This document shows, in pieces, positions 17,486-26,975 of a stretch of DNA of 64,000 nucleotides. The DNA lies in assembly GCA_041390245.1 (NCBI GenBank), contig JAWKQI010000002.1:68302-132301 (forward strand), in the 5' to 3' direction. Made by a program: the position numbers and the translations under genes. Numbering within the stretch: the first letter of the stretch is position 1; each line of letters begins with the position of its first letter. The stretch is from Eubacteriales bacterium. GTDB taxonomy: Bacteria; Bacillota; Clostridia; Christensenellales; JAWKQI01. The notes beneath the pieces are model-generated. The model had not been told where the DNA came from and searched no databases. It was given only the letters and a program-made list of their open reading frames with translations.

Positions 17486-20110
17486 ATGAGCGAATTAACG
17501 CCTATGATGCGGCAGTATATGGACCTTAAGGAAAAATACAACGATGTTATTTTGCTTTTCCGTTTAGGCGACTTTTACGAGATGTTTTTTGAAGATGCCA
17601 AAATCGCCTCAAGAGAACTTGAAATAGTCTTAACAGGGCGGGACTGCGGCCTTGCTGAGAAAGCGCCGATGTGTGGTGTGCCTTACCATGCAGTAGACGG
17701 TTATATAAACAAGCTTATCTCAAAAGGGTATAAGGTAGCTATATGCGAACAGCTGACAGACCCGGCAGAATCTAAAGGCCTTGTCGAGCGGGATGTCACA
17801 CGCGTCATAACCCCGGGTACAATAATAGAATCTTCTATTTTAGATGAAAAAGAAAATAACTATATAATGAGCGGCTTTTTGTTTGACAATAAAGTCGGCT
17901 TTTCTTATGCCGACATATCTACAGGCAGCTTCTTTACCGGTGAAATAACAACGGACACATCTGAAAACAGCGTAGAGAGTTTTTTAAACGAAGTAATCAG
18001 GATACAGCCAAAAGAGTTTATATTAAACGATGCGCTTTACATTTATGAAAACAAAATAAACAGCCTTCTTAAGCAGGACAATATACTGATAGAGTGTACT
18101 TCCTCTCTTGGCATAGAAAAAGAATTGGCTAAAGAAGCGCTTTTAAAGCATTTCGACGTTGAATCGCTTGAGTGTTTTAGTATAGAGGACAAGCCGTATT
18201 CCGTATATGCTGCTGGCGCATTGATGCAGTATTTAAAAAAGACACAGAAAAACGATTTAAACCATATAACGGATATAAAATACTGCTACGACAACACGTA
18301 TATGATACTGGACGCTTCGACACGCAGGAACTTAGAGCTTACAAGCACGATAAGGGAAGGCTCAAAGAAAGGTTCCCTTGTTTGGCTGCTTGATAAAACC
18401 AAAACTGCAATGGGCTCGCGTATGATAAGAAACTGGCTGGTACAGCCGCTGCTTATAGAAAAACATATAAACTTAAGGCTTGATGCTGTAAATGAGCTTT
18501 TTGAGGAAAACACAAAACGGGAAGAGATACGCGATGCGCTTAACGGCGTTTATGACATTGAGAGGATAATAAGCAAAATATCTTATGGCAGCCTGGACGC
18601 GAGAAACTGCATTTCACTAAAACAGTCCCTTCAAAAGATACCTGCCATAAAAAAAGCAATTAGCACTTTTGACAGGGACATGCTCAAAAACCTGTCTGAT
18701 AAGCTGGATTTATTAGAAGACATAGTAAAACTTTTAGAAGACTCGATAGAAGAAAACGCCCCGGCAGGGATAAAAGACGGCGGGATAATAAAATTGGGAT
18801 ATAACGCTGAGATAGACAGGCTTAAAAACATCTCGCAAAACAGCAAGGAGTATATTTTAAAGCTAGAGAAAAAAGAAAAAGAAGAAACCGGTATAAAGAA
18901 TTTAAGGATAGGCTACAACCGTGTATTCGGATACTATATAGAAGTCACACGCTCCAATGCAGACGTCGTGCCATACAGGTATCAGCGCAGACAGACGCTT
19001 GCAAATTCCGAAAGGTTCATAACACCCGAATTAAAGCAATTAGAAGACGAGATAATATCCGCAGAGGAGACGTGTAAGAAAATAGAGTATTTAGAGTTCG
19101 CTAAGATACGTGCGATACTTTGTGACAACATTTCTAGAATACAGCAAACGGCAAATGTTTTAGCGACCATAGATTCCCTTGCCTCGCTTGCAAAATGCGC
19201 ATACGACAACGGCTATGTACGCCCGCAGATTACTGACGACGGGCACATAAAGATAGCAAAAGGGCGCCACCCTGTCGTTGAACGCATGGTTTCGGATTTC
19301 GTTGCAAACGATTCTTTGATGGATACCGCTGAAAACAGAATGATCATTATAACCGGCCCCAATATGGCAGGAAAAAGTACGTTTATGCGCCAAATTGGTT
19401 TAATAACCCTTATGGCTCAGATAGGCAGCTTCGTACCGGCCGAGAGTGCGAATTTATCTATAGTAGACCGTATCTTTACACGCGTCGGCGCATCCGATGA
19501 TTTAGCTTCAGGGCAGAGCACATTTATGGTCGAAATGAACGAAGTGGCAAACATCTTACACAACGCTACCTCGAAAAGCCTTATAATCCTAGATGAGATA
19601 GGCAGGGGCACGAGCACATTGGACGGATTAAGTATTGCCTGGTCTGTTGTTGAATTTATATGCAATACAGACAACATCGGCGCAAAAACGCTTTTTGCAA
19701 CGCATTACCACGAACTGACAGAACTGGAAGGGCTGCTTCCCGGCGTTAAGAACTACTCCGTTATAGTTAAAGAATACGGAGATGATATAATATTTTTAAG
19801 GAAAATAAAGCGAGGGGGGACGAATAAAAGTTTCGGCATAGAAGTCGCAAACCTTGCAGGGCTTCCTAAAGAAGTTATCAACCGCGCCAAAGAGATTTTA
19901 AAGAAGCTTGAGCAATCGGACATAAATAATATAGATATTTCCTCTGCAGTTGCTGATAATAATGATAATCCCCATCAGCTAGCAATGTTTTCCGAAAACG
20001 CTGAAAAAGAAATTTTAGACGCTTTAAAGAATGTAAATGTCGACAGTTTGACACCTTTGGATGCGCTTAACTTGATTAGTGAATTAAACATACGCGTAAA
20101 GAGGATATAG
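17486..20110 (+). CDS. mutS: DNA mismatch repair protein MutS
   Basis: 874-aa uninterrupted ORF with the mismatch-binding motif GDFYEMFFEDA, Walker A GPNMAGKST, and DEIGRGTST. Confidence 0.95.
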   Translation: MSELTPMMRQYMDLKEKYNDVILLFRLGDFYEMFFEDAKIASRELEIVLTGRDCGLAEKAPMCGVPYHAVDGYINKLISKGYKVAICEQLTDPAESKGLVERDVTRVITPGTIIESSILDEKENNYIMSGFLFDNKVGFSYADISTGSFFTGEITTDTSENSVESFLNEVIRIQPKEFILNDALYIYENKINSLLKQDNILIECTSSLGIEKELAKEALLKHFDVESLECFSIEDKPYSVYAAGALMQYLKKTQKNDLNHITDIKYCYDNTYMILDASTRRNLELTSTIREGSKKGSLVWLLDKTKTAMGSRMIRNWLVQPLLIEKHINLRLDAVNELFEENTKREEIRDALNGVYDIERIISKISYGSLDARNCISLKQSLQKIPAIKKAISTFDRDMLKNLSDKLDLLEDIVKLLEDSIEENAPAGIKDGGIIKLGYNAEIDRLKNISQNSKEYILKLEKKEKEETGIKNLRIGYNRVFGYYIEVTRSNADVVPYRYQRRQTLANSERFITPELKQLEDEIISAEETCKKIEYLEFAKIRAILCDNISRIQQTANVLATIDSLASLAKCAYDNGYVRPQITDDGHIKIAKGRHPVVERMVSDFVANDSLMDTAENRMIIITGPNMAGKSTFMRQIGLITLMAQIGSFVPAESANLSIVDRIFTRVGASDDLASGQSTFMVEMNEVANILHNATSKSLIILDEIGRGTSTLDGLSIAWSVVEFICNTDNIGAKTLFATHYHELTELEGLLPGVKNYSVIVKEYGDDIIFLRKIKRGGTNKSFGIEVANLAGLPKEVINRAKEILKKLEQSDINNIDISSAVADNNDNPHQLAMFSENAEKEILDALKNVNVDSLTPLDALNLISELNIRVKRI

Positions 20111-20121
20111 GTATTTAAAAA

Positions 20122-22026
20122 ATGGGAATGATAAGACTTTTAGATGAAAATACAATAAACAAGATAGCGGCAGGCGAAGTCATTGAGCGCCCGGCTTCTA
20201 TCATTAAGGAACTGGTGGAAAACTCTATAGATGCCGGCGCTAACTTAATTACCATCGAGATAGAGAACGGCGGGATAAAAAAGATCCGCGTTATGGACAA
20301 TGGCTGTGGAATGGCACCAGATGACCTATCTCTTGCATTCGAGAGGCATTCTACAAGCAAGATAAGCGATTTTACAGATTTAAACGATCTGAACTCCCTT
20401 GGTTTTAGAGGCGAGGCTCTGTCAAGTATAGCCGCAGTTTCTATGGCAACTTTAAAAACAAAACGTTCAGTTGATGAAATGGGGGCACAGATAGAAGTAT
20501 CAGGCGGCAAGGCAGGTGATGTCAAGCCATGCGGCCTTTCTGCCGGCACTTCGATAATAGTTGAAAACCTGTTTTATAATACTCCGGCTCGGTTTAAATT
20601 TTTAAAAAGCGTTGCCGCAGAAGCCGCCGCGATAACGGATTTAGTTTCAAAACTTATTTTATCCCATCCGGATATTTCATTTAAATATATAAATAATGGA
20701 GCTACTGTTTTTCACAGCTCCGGAAACGGGGATATAATGAATGCCGCTTCGTGTGTATTCGGCAGGGATATTTTAGACAATGTATTTAGTTTAGAATATG
20801 TCTTAAATGGGATTCACGTCTTTGGTTACTGCGGTTACCCGCAGTTTTCACAAAAGAGCAGGAGGTACCAATCCGTTTTTGTGAACCGGCGGTTTATAAA
20901 AAGCCAGCTTATAGCCTCAAGTGTACAAAACGCCTATTCTGAAAGGCTTCTAAAGGGGCTCTTCCCGTTTGTTTTGCTTTATCTGGATATGCCGGCAAAT
21001 TATTTCGATGTAAACGTTCACCCTAAATAAGTTGTCTGTTAAATTCAGAGATGAAAAGTCCGTTGAATACTGTATATAGCGCGGTTTTAAACGGCATTAA
21101 CAGCATAAATATATTTGGTTCAGTAAAAAACGCTAGCCTCAAACCGGATGGAAACGAAAAAAGAGATATTAAAGTATTTTCTGAAACGGTGGGGGAAGAG
21201 GAAGCAAAAGAGTGATAAAGAAATTCCTGCTGTTTCTTATAATAGCAACTTAAAGGCTATTATTCCAGACTTAAAGCCGGTATCCTCACTAAACAAAAAC
21301 ACTAAACAAATAGCCATGTCCGATGAAGATGCTTTAATAGATGCCCTTTGAGTTTTACAAAGGCAAAGATGAAACGGATTTAGAACAGCCCTTTTACCGA
21401 AACTGAAAAAGAACCTGTTTTATTAAAAACCCGCCTGTAGATAAAGTTCTCAAGAAAAACAGGACATGTTCTTATCCTACGAGATTATGCAAGTGTTTGA
21501 TTCTTATATCATGTAGAATCCGGAGATGATTGTTTATCATAGATTTCATGCGGCGCATGAATGCTATATGATAAAACGCTTGTCGAACTTAAAACAGCAG
21601 TGCATTCTCAGCCGCTTTTGATGCCGCACATAGTCCGCGTTACACACGAGGAAAAATATAATAAACGATAACCTGGAAGCCTTTTCAAGCCTAGGATTTG
21701 ATATATCTGATTTCGGGGCACTGGAATACCGTGTTTCCGCTGTGCCGTATATCTACGAAAACGATAATTTATCTGCGATGTTCAGCGACATCTTATCTGC
21801 CTTAAAGGATTTAGGCCATAAAGACATGGTGTTAAAAAGAGACTGTATGCTGCAGCTGGTATGCAAAAGCGCCAATAAAGCGGGGCATAAATTGAGCGAA
21901 AAGGAATAGGCACTCTTGTTAAAACTATGCGGACAGCAAAAAATACCTACTTGTCCTCATGGGCGCCCAATTGTGACAGTTATAAGAAAAAATGAGCTTG
22001 AAAAAAGCTTTAAACGTATAGTTTAG
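20122..22026 (+). pseudogene. mutL: DNA mismatch repair protein MutL; N-terminal ATPase part intact, remainder heavily frameshifted and carrying an in-frame stop
   Basis: ORF 20122..21030 has the GHKL ATPase motifs (ELVENSIDAGA, DNGCGM, GFRGEAL) and ends at DVNVHPK-stop. C-terminal domain pieces (FLSYEIMQVFDSYI, FIID, FHAAHE, YDKTLVELKTAVHSQPLLMPHIVRVTHEEK, NLEAFSSLGFDISDFGALEYRVSAVPYI, TCPHGRPIVTVIRKNELEKSFKRIV-stop at 22026) are scattered over all three frames. Confidence 0.85.
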
Positions 22027-22037
22027 CGGGAGAAACG

Positions 22038-22991
22038 ATGGAAAAACCAAACGTCATACTAGTCGTCGGGCCAACCGCCTCAGGCAAGACGGCGCTATCC
22101 ATTAAAATAGCAAAGAGCGTAAACGGGGAAATAATCTCCGCCGATTCCATGCAGATATATAAACAGCTAAACATCGGCACTGCAAAGCCCTCCGAAGAGG
22201 AAAAAGAGGGGATACCCCACTATCTTATAGATGAGGTGGACGTAGATGCCGATTTTTCAGTATCCGTTTTCAAAGACAGGGCTTTTAAATTAATCAACGA
22301 TATCTTAAACAGGGGTAAAACGCCTGTAATTTGCGGAGGTACCGGGCTTTATTTGAACTCTGTCACATATAAATTGGATTTCGGCAAGACCTCCGCCAAC
22401 GAGCCTTTAAGAAAAGAGCTTTTAAAAATCGCAGACGAAAAAGGCGCTGATTATTTACATGGCTTATTAAAAGAAAAATCGCCGTCTGCCGCTTCAAGAA
22501 TACATCCTAATAATATAAAGAGAGTGATAAGGGCACTTGAGCTTATCGAAAACGAAAAAGAAGAACTTGAGTTTAATTTTCAAAAAGAAAATAACGAGTA
22601 TAACTTTATAATGATAGGCATTAAAATGGACAGGGAAAAGTTATACTCAAGGATTAACGATAGGGTGGATGAAATGGTCTTATTAGGGCTTGTTGACGAA
22701 GCCTTTGATATATATAAAAAATACGGAGGAGAGTCTAATGCTTTTTCCGCTATTGGATATAAGGAACTGGTTGACTATTTTAACGGTAATATAAATTTAA
22801 ACGATGCTGTTTTAAACATAAAACAAGCGACCAGAAGATATTCAAAACGCCAGATCACTTGGTTAAAAAGAGACAAAAGGATAAAATGGTTTAATCTGGA
22901 TTCCTATAAAAATTTTGATGATTTTACCAATGATATAATAAACTACACAAAAAATTTACTTGATACGGAGAAAAATATTGGAAACTATTGA
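22038..22991 (+). CDS. miaA: tRNA dimethylallyltransferase
   Basis: 317-aa ORF with the P-loop GPTASGKT, followed by SADSMQIYK..IGTAKP. Confidence 0.92.
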   Translation: MEKPNVILVVGPTASGKTALSIKIAKSVNGEIISADSMQIYKQLNIGTAKPSEEEKEGIPHYLIDEVDVDADFSVSVFKDRAFKLINDILNRGKTPVICGGTGLYLNSVTYKLDFGKTSANEPLRKELLKIADEKGADYLHGLLKEKSPSAASRIHPNNIKRVIRALELIENEKEELEFNFQKENNEYNFIMIGIKMDREKLYSRINDRVDEMVLLGLVDEAFDIYKKYGGESNAFSAIGYKELVDYFNGNINLNDAVLNIKQATRRYSKRQITWLKRDKRIKWFNLDSYKNFDDFTNDIINYTKNLLDTEKNIGNY

Positions 22992-24261
22992 TATCTATAC
23001 AAATAAATTCGGAGTCAGCAAAAGGGTGTTTAATTTCGTGAGCGAAATAGAAAGTCAACTTAAAGAGGCTTTTTTTCATTTCGACCACATACGTGAAGTA
23101 AACCAGCTAAAAGTTATAAAAGCTTTTAAAGACGAGCATATTTCGGCCCGGCATTTTAACCCGTCTACAGGATATGGCTATTCAGACGATTCAAAGACAA
23201 CTCTGGGTGCGCTTTTTTCTAATATATTCGGCACCGAATCGGCTATAGTAAGCCCTCTTATAGCCTCCGGTACACATGCGCTTTGCCTATGCCTTTTCGG
23301 GCTGTTAAGGCCGCTAGACTGTATGATTTCAGCAACCGGAAGGCCATATGATACTATACTTGACACCATAGGGCTAAACGGCAAAAAAGGCCAGGGTTCG
23401 CTTATGGACTGGGCCGTTTCATATAAACAGGTTAATCTTTTAGAAGACGGAAATGTAGACTATTTTAAGTTAATAAACAACATAAAGATAGATCCTAATA
23501 TAAAACTTGTCTACATACAGCGTTCAAGAGGTTATGAATGGAGAGAATCCATTAAAATAAAGCAGATAAAAGAACTTGCATCGAGCATTAAGAAAGTACG
23601 CTCCGATGTGATAATTATGGTAGACAACTGCTACGGCGAATTCTGTGAAGAATTAGAACCTACGGACGTCGGCGCAGATGTTGTTGCCGGCTCGCTTATA
23701 AAAAATCCCGGCGCAGGCATAGCTCCGACAGGCGCTTATATAGCAGGAAAGACAAAGTATATAGATATGATAGCAAACAGGCTCACGGCACCCAGCCTAG
23801 GCACTGAAATAGGCTCTTATGCTGCTTCCTACCTGCCTTTTTATCAGGGCATATACTTTGCACCCCGAGTGGTTTTCGAATCGCTTAAAGGGGCGGTTTT
23901 GAACGCTAAAGCCTTTGAAACTCTGGGATATGCAGTTATGCCCGGCGTCAGCAATTCAAGGACGGATATAACCCAATCTATAGCACTTAGAAATAAAGAA
24001 CTACTATTAAAATACGTAACCGCAATACAAAACGCCTCTATAGTAGATAGCTTTGTAACTCCGGAACCATGGGATATGCCCGGATATGAAGATAAGGTAG
24101 TAATGGCGTCAGGAAGCTTTATTCAGGGGTCCTCAATTGAACTGAGTGCAGATGCTCCTATTAAACCGCCTTATATCGCTTATGTACAGGGTGGATTAAG
24201 CTATGAAAACTGTAAATTGGCTTTAATGCTGGCTTTAAATGACATGAATTTAGTATTTTAA
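22960..24261 (+). CDS. ynbB: PLP-dependent Cys/Met-metabolism-fold protein of the YnbB / aluminium-resistance family
   Basis: 433-aa ORF in which NQLKVIKAFKDEHISARHF..STGYGYSD..ASGTHAL is typical of this family. The real start may be the TTG at 22978, which has GGAG upstream. It overlaps the miaA end. Confidence 0.75.
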   Translation: MIRRKILETIDIYTNKFGVSKRVFNFVSEIESQLKEAFFHFDHIREVNQLKVIKAFKDEHISARHFNPSTGYGYSDDSKTTLGALFSNIFGTESAIVSPLIASGTHALCLCLFGLLRPLDCMISATGRPYDTILDTIGLNGKKGQGSLMDWAVSYKQVNLLEDGNVDYFKLINNIKIDPNIKLVYIQRSRGYEWRESIKIKQIKELASSIKKVRSDVIIMVDNCYGEFCEELEPTDVGADVVAGSLIKNPGAGIAPTGAYIAGKTKYIDMIANRLTAPSLGTEIGSYAASYLPFYQGIYFAPRVVFESLKGAVLNAKAFETLGYAVMPGVSNSRTDITQSIALRNKELLLKYVTAIQNASIVDSFVTPEPWDMPGYEDKVVMASGSFIQGSSIELSADAPIKPPYIAYVQGGLSYENCKLALMLALNDMNLVF

Positions 24262-24271
24262 CATCTATATA

Positions 24272-25333
24272 TTATATATCGTTATCTTTATCTAAATCTA
24301 TAGCTGTCGCGGCTAATTTCCGCTTATTCTCGGTTATAGCGGCATAGTGTTTTCTCGTTGTATTTACGTCCTTATGTCCAAGGACATCAGCTACAAGGTA
24401 AATATCCCCGGTATTGTTGTAAAGAAGCGTCCCATATGTGCTCCTTAATTTATGCGGTGAGATATTTTTAAGCGGAGCAGCTATCTTCGCATATTTTTTT
24501 ACGAGATTTTCTATGCTTCTTACGCACATGCGTTTTTTCTGTATGGACATAAAGAGGGGGGAGGAGAGGGTGTAATCACTACTGGCCTTCCTCTCGTCTA
24601 AATACTCATTTATAACGGCAGCGGTTTGCTCGTTAAAGTATAAAATAACGCGGTTTCCGCCTTTTCTGGTCACTATAAACGCATTTTTCTTAAAATCCAG
24701 GTCTGAAATATTTAATCCAACTAATTCGCTGACTCTTATTCCTGTGGATAAAAACAGCGTTATTATGGCCGTATCTCTTAATTGGGTAATTTTATGGTAC
24801 CTTTTTTGCGCATCTGTTAAATTCTCACCGTTTTGTACAGCCGATATTATCTGGCTTATTTCTTCTCCGCTCAAACGTATTATAGGCTTTTCATGGATTT
24901 TCGGAGTCTGTATCAATGTAGATATATTTCCCGTAAGGATTCCTTTTTTATAATAGTATTTGAAAAACGAGCGCAGGCTTGCAATTTTTCTGGATTTACC
25001 TTTATCACGATTCTCGCGCATTTTATCTTCTTCATTTGAATAATAGGTCAGGTATTCAAAATAAATCTCCAAATCTTTTAATGTGATTTGATTTAAATCG
25101 GTAGCCTCAAGTGTAAGTATACTTTTATCAGAAAAAAATTCCGTTTCATTTTTCAGGTAATTAAAAAAAATACGAAGGTCGTACGCATAGTTAAGCCTTG
25201 TTAAAACCGATGTGGTATCTTCGGTAGATCTAAAAAAATCTACACAAAACGGCGGCAGTTCTTTAAGTACATTTCGTAATTTTTCTGTTTTTAAAATATT
25301 CTGCTGAGCGTGGTAGGAGGTATCCTTAGCCAT
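24272..25333 (-). CDS. Tyrosine site-specific recombinase (XerC/XerD-like integrase family)
   Basis: 353-aa ORF with catalytic residues in STGIRVSEL, HKLRSTYGT and LGHKDVNTTRKHY. Confidence 0.85.
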   Translation of the reverse strand: MAKDTSYHAQQNILKTEKLRNVLKELPPFCVDFFRSTEDTTSVLTRLNYAYDLRIFFNYLKNETEFFSDKSILTLEATDLNQITLKDLEIYFEYLTYYSNEEDKMRENRDKGKSRKIASLRSFFKYYYKKGILTGNISTLIQTPKIHEKPIIRLSGEEISQIISAVQNGENLTDAQKRYHKITQLRDTAIITLFLSTGIRVSELVGLNISDLDFKKNAFIVTRKGGNRVILYFNEQTAAVINEYLDERKASSDYTLSSPLFMSIQKKRMCVRSIENLVKKYAKIAAPLKNISPHKLRSTYGTLLYNNTGDIYLVADVLGHKDVNTTRKHYAAITENKRKLAATAIDLDKDNDI

Positions 25334-25366
25334 ATTGACCTCTAAATTTGTATTATTTTACTAATT

Positions 25367-25395
25367 ATTATATTATACGCTCATTGCATAGTCAA
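25367..25395 (-). promoter_or_regulatory. Sigma-A type promoter for the recombinase gene
   Basis: On the minus strand: TTGACT (25395..25390), a 17-nt spacer, then TATAAT (25372..25367). Confidence 0.5.
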
Positions 25396-25397
25396 TA

Positions 25398-25427
25398 CTA
25401 TTCGCAAAACTTGTGTTTTGCGAATAG
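25398..25427. repeat. Perfect 13-bp inverted repeat (hairpin) downstream of rnhA
   Basis: CTATTCGCAAAAC-ttgt-GTTTTGCGAATAG. There is no clear U-tract on the minus strand, so it is either a terminator without a tail or a protein-binding dyad. Confidence 0.6.
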
Positions 25428-25442
25428 TTCTATATCGGTATA

Positions 25443-25910
25443 TCAGGGTGTTTTCCCTATATTGTTCTTTACCTGTGTTTGGGCCAGCTTGTCGCACCTG
25501 TTGTTATAAACGTTGTCAGAGTGCCCCTCTACCTTATGCCAATAAACTTTCCTTCCTTTAATCTGATTTAAAATTTCTTTCCAGATATCCTGGTTTTCAA
25601 CAGGTTTCTTCTGAGAGTTTTTCCACCCATTGTTTTGCCAGGCGAGTATCCATCCGTTTAAAAACGCATTGCAGACATATGCGCTGTCTGTGAATACATC
25701 TACGCTGCAATTATTTTTATCGATAGCAAGGAGACCCTTTAACACGGCTAAAAGTTCCATCCTGTTATTTGTAGTCTCGCTTATAAACCCGCTGCTTTCC
25801 ATAGATTGTTCCTTATCGTTTAACAGGATAAAGGCCCATCCCCCCGGCCCCGGGTTATTGGAACACGCTCCATCTGTATAAAGATAGTATTTGCTCATTT
25901 TATAAATCAT
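25443..25910 (-). CDS. rnhA: Ribonuclease HI
   Basis: 155-aa ORF with YTDGACSNNPGPGGWA, TNNRMEL, DS.Y and GHSD..NN.CD (the DEDD catalytic set). Confidence 0.88.
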   Translation of the reverse strand: MIYKMSKYYLYTDGACSNNPGPGGWAFILLNDKEQSMESSGFISETTNNRMELLAVLKGLLAIDKNNCSVDVFTDSAYVCNAFLNGWILAWQNNGWKNSQKKPVENQDIWKEILNQIKGRKVYWHKVEGHSDNVYNNRCDKLAQTQVKNNIGKTP

Positions 25911-25913
25911 ACT

Positions 25914-26723
25914 TTACGAAAGCTCCCTGGATTTATCCGCGCAGCTCTTTACCGCGTCCATAACAGTGCCTTTAAAGGAATTTTCTTCTAGCACCTTTAC
26001 TGCTGCTATCGTTGTTCCCCCTGGAGAACAGACATTAGTTTTAAGCTGCATAGGGTGTGCATTAGTATCGAGGATTACCTTGGCCGCCCCCATCACTGTC
26101 TGCGCGGCTAATAAAACAGCTTTATCGTAAGGCAATCCCAACAGTAAGCCCGCATCGGCCATAGCGTCTATCAGCATATATGCATAAGCAGGCCCGCTCC
26201 CGCTGACAGCGGTTACAGCATCCATCTGTGCTGCAGTTGCATAAGATGTTTTTCCTAGGGACTCAAAAATAGATTTTATAAGCTCCATGTCGCCTTCAGA
26301 AATGGTTATCGGCATCTCAAATACCGTCATCCCCTCTCCCACCAAAAGCGGGGTATTAGGCATTATACGGAGCAAGTCTATTGGTTTGCCTAAGATACTT
26401 TTTATCTTCTCCGCACTGTATCCTGCTACTATGCTTACAAACGTCTTTCCGGTAATATCTATTTTAAAAATATCCGCAAGAACGTTTTTTATGACATTTG
26501 GCTTCACACAAAAGAAAATTATATCGCTTTCAGATATCAGTTTTTGAATTTTGTCAGAAGTATTTACTTTAAATTTATCTTCGATGTTTCTTCTTTGCGC
26601 TTCGCTTATATCAAAGACGCTTATGTTCTTGGCAGGGATTATCCCCTTTAAAATTATGCCGTTAATTATGGCGCTTCCCATGTTTCCCCCGCCTATAAAA
26701 CCTAATTTTTTTTGTGTATCCAT
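25914..26723 (-). CDS. proC: Pyrroline-5-carboxylate reductase
   Basis: The track ORF extends to 26798, but that extension overlaps tRNA-Trp. The ATG at 26723 (MDTQKKLGFIGGGNMGSAI) has AGGAG upstream. The C-terminal part reads SPGGTTIA. Confidence 0.88.
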   Translation of the reverse strand: MDTQKKLGFIGGGNMGSAIINGIILKGIIPAKNISVFDISEAQRRNIEDKFKVNTSDKIQKLISESDIIFFCVKPNVIKNVLADIFKIDITGKTFVSIVAGYSAEKIKSILGKPIDLLRIMPNTPLLVGEGMTVFEMPITISEGDMELIKSIFESLGKTSYATAAQMDAVTAVSGSGPAYAYMLIDAMADAGLLLGLPYDKAVLLAAQTVMGAAKVILDTNAHPMQLKTNVCSPGGTTIAAVKVLEENSFKGTVMDAVKSCADKSRELS

Positions 26724-26783
26724 ATTCAAATTACTCCTATTGACTATAATAAATAAATATAATATAATTTGAAAGTGTTGTAA

Positions 26784-26859
26784 AGGGGAGTAGCTCAACT
26801 GGCAGAGTGGCGGTCTCCAAAACCGTAGGTTGCGTGTTCGATTCGCGTCTCCCCTGCCA
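26784..26859 (+). tRNA. tRNA-Trp (anticodon CCA)
   Basis: AGGGGAGTAGCTCAACTGGCAGAGTGGCGGTCTCCAAAACCGTAGGTTGCGTGTTCGATTCGCGTCTCCCCTGCCA folds as a cloverleaf with the anticodon loop CTCCAAA. Confidence 0.9.
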
Positions 26860-26871
26860 ATTATATTTTAA

Positions 26872-26905
26872 AAGAAGCTGAGGCAAAAAATCAGCTTCTT
26901 TTTTC
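26872..26905 (+). terminator. Intrinsic terminator after tRNA-Trp
   Basis: AGAAGCTGA-ggcaaaaaa-TCAGCTTCT followed by TTTTTT. Confidence 0.75.
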
Positions 26906-26975
26906 ATTTTCTCTCATTAAGTATGTTTTTTTTATTTAAGACATATTTTTAATTATCATTCTTAACGAGGCAAAT

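Noticed and set aside
21148-21351. 67-aa ORF (METKKEILKYF...) as an independent small gene.
   Set aside because: It lies within the disrupted mutL linker region. Its frame simply continues one of the mutL fragments, and it has no SD.
24272-25333. The tyrosine recombinase as a marker of an integrated mobile element.
   Set aside because: I saw no flanking direct repeats, no phage, transposase or cargo genes, and no compositional break. The neighbours are core genes (ynbB, rnhA, proC). It is more likely a chromosomal Xer-like recombinase.
26724-26798. N-terminal 25-codon extension of proC in the ORF track.
   Set aside because: The extension overlaps the tRNA-Trp gene on the opposite strand. 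It is hydrophobic and non-conserved, and the internal ATG at 26723 has a proper SD followed directly by the GFIGGGNMG dinucleotide fold.
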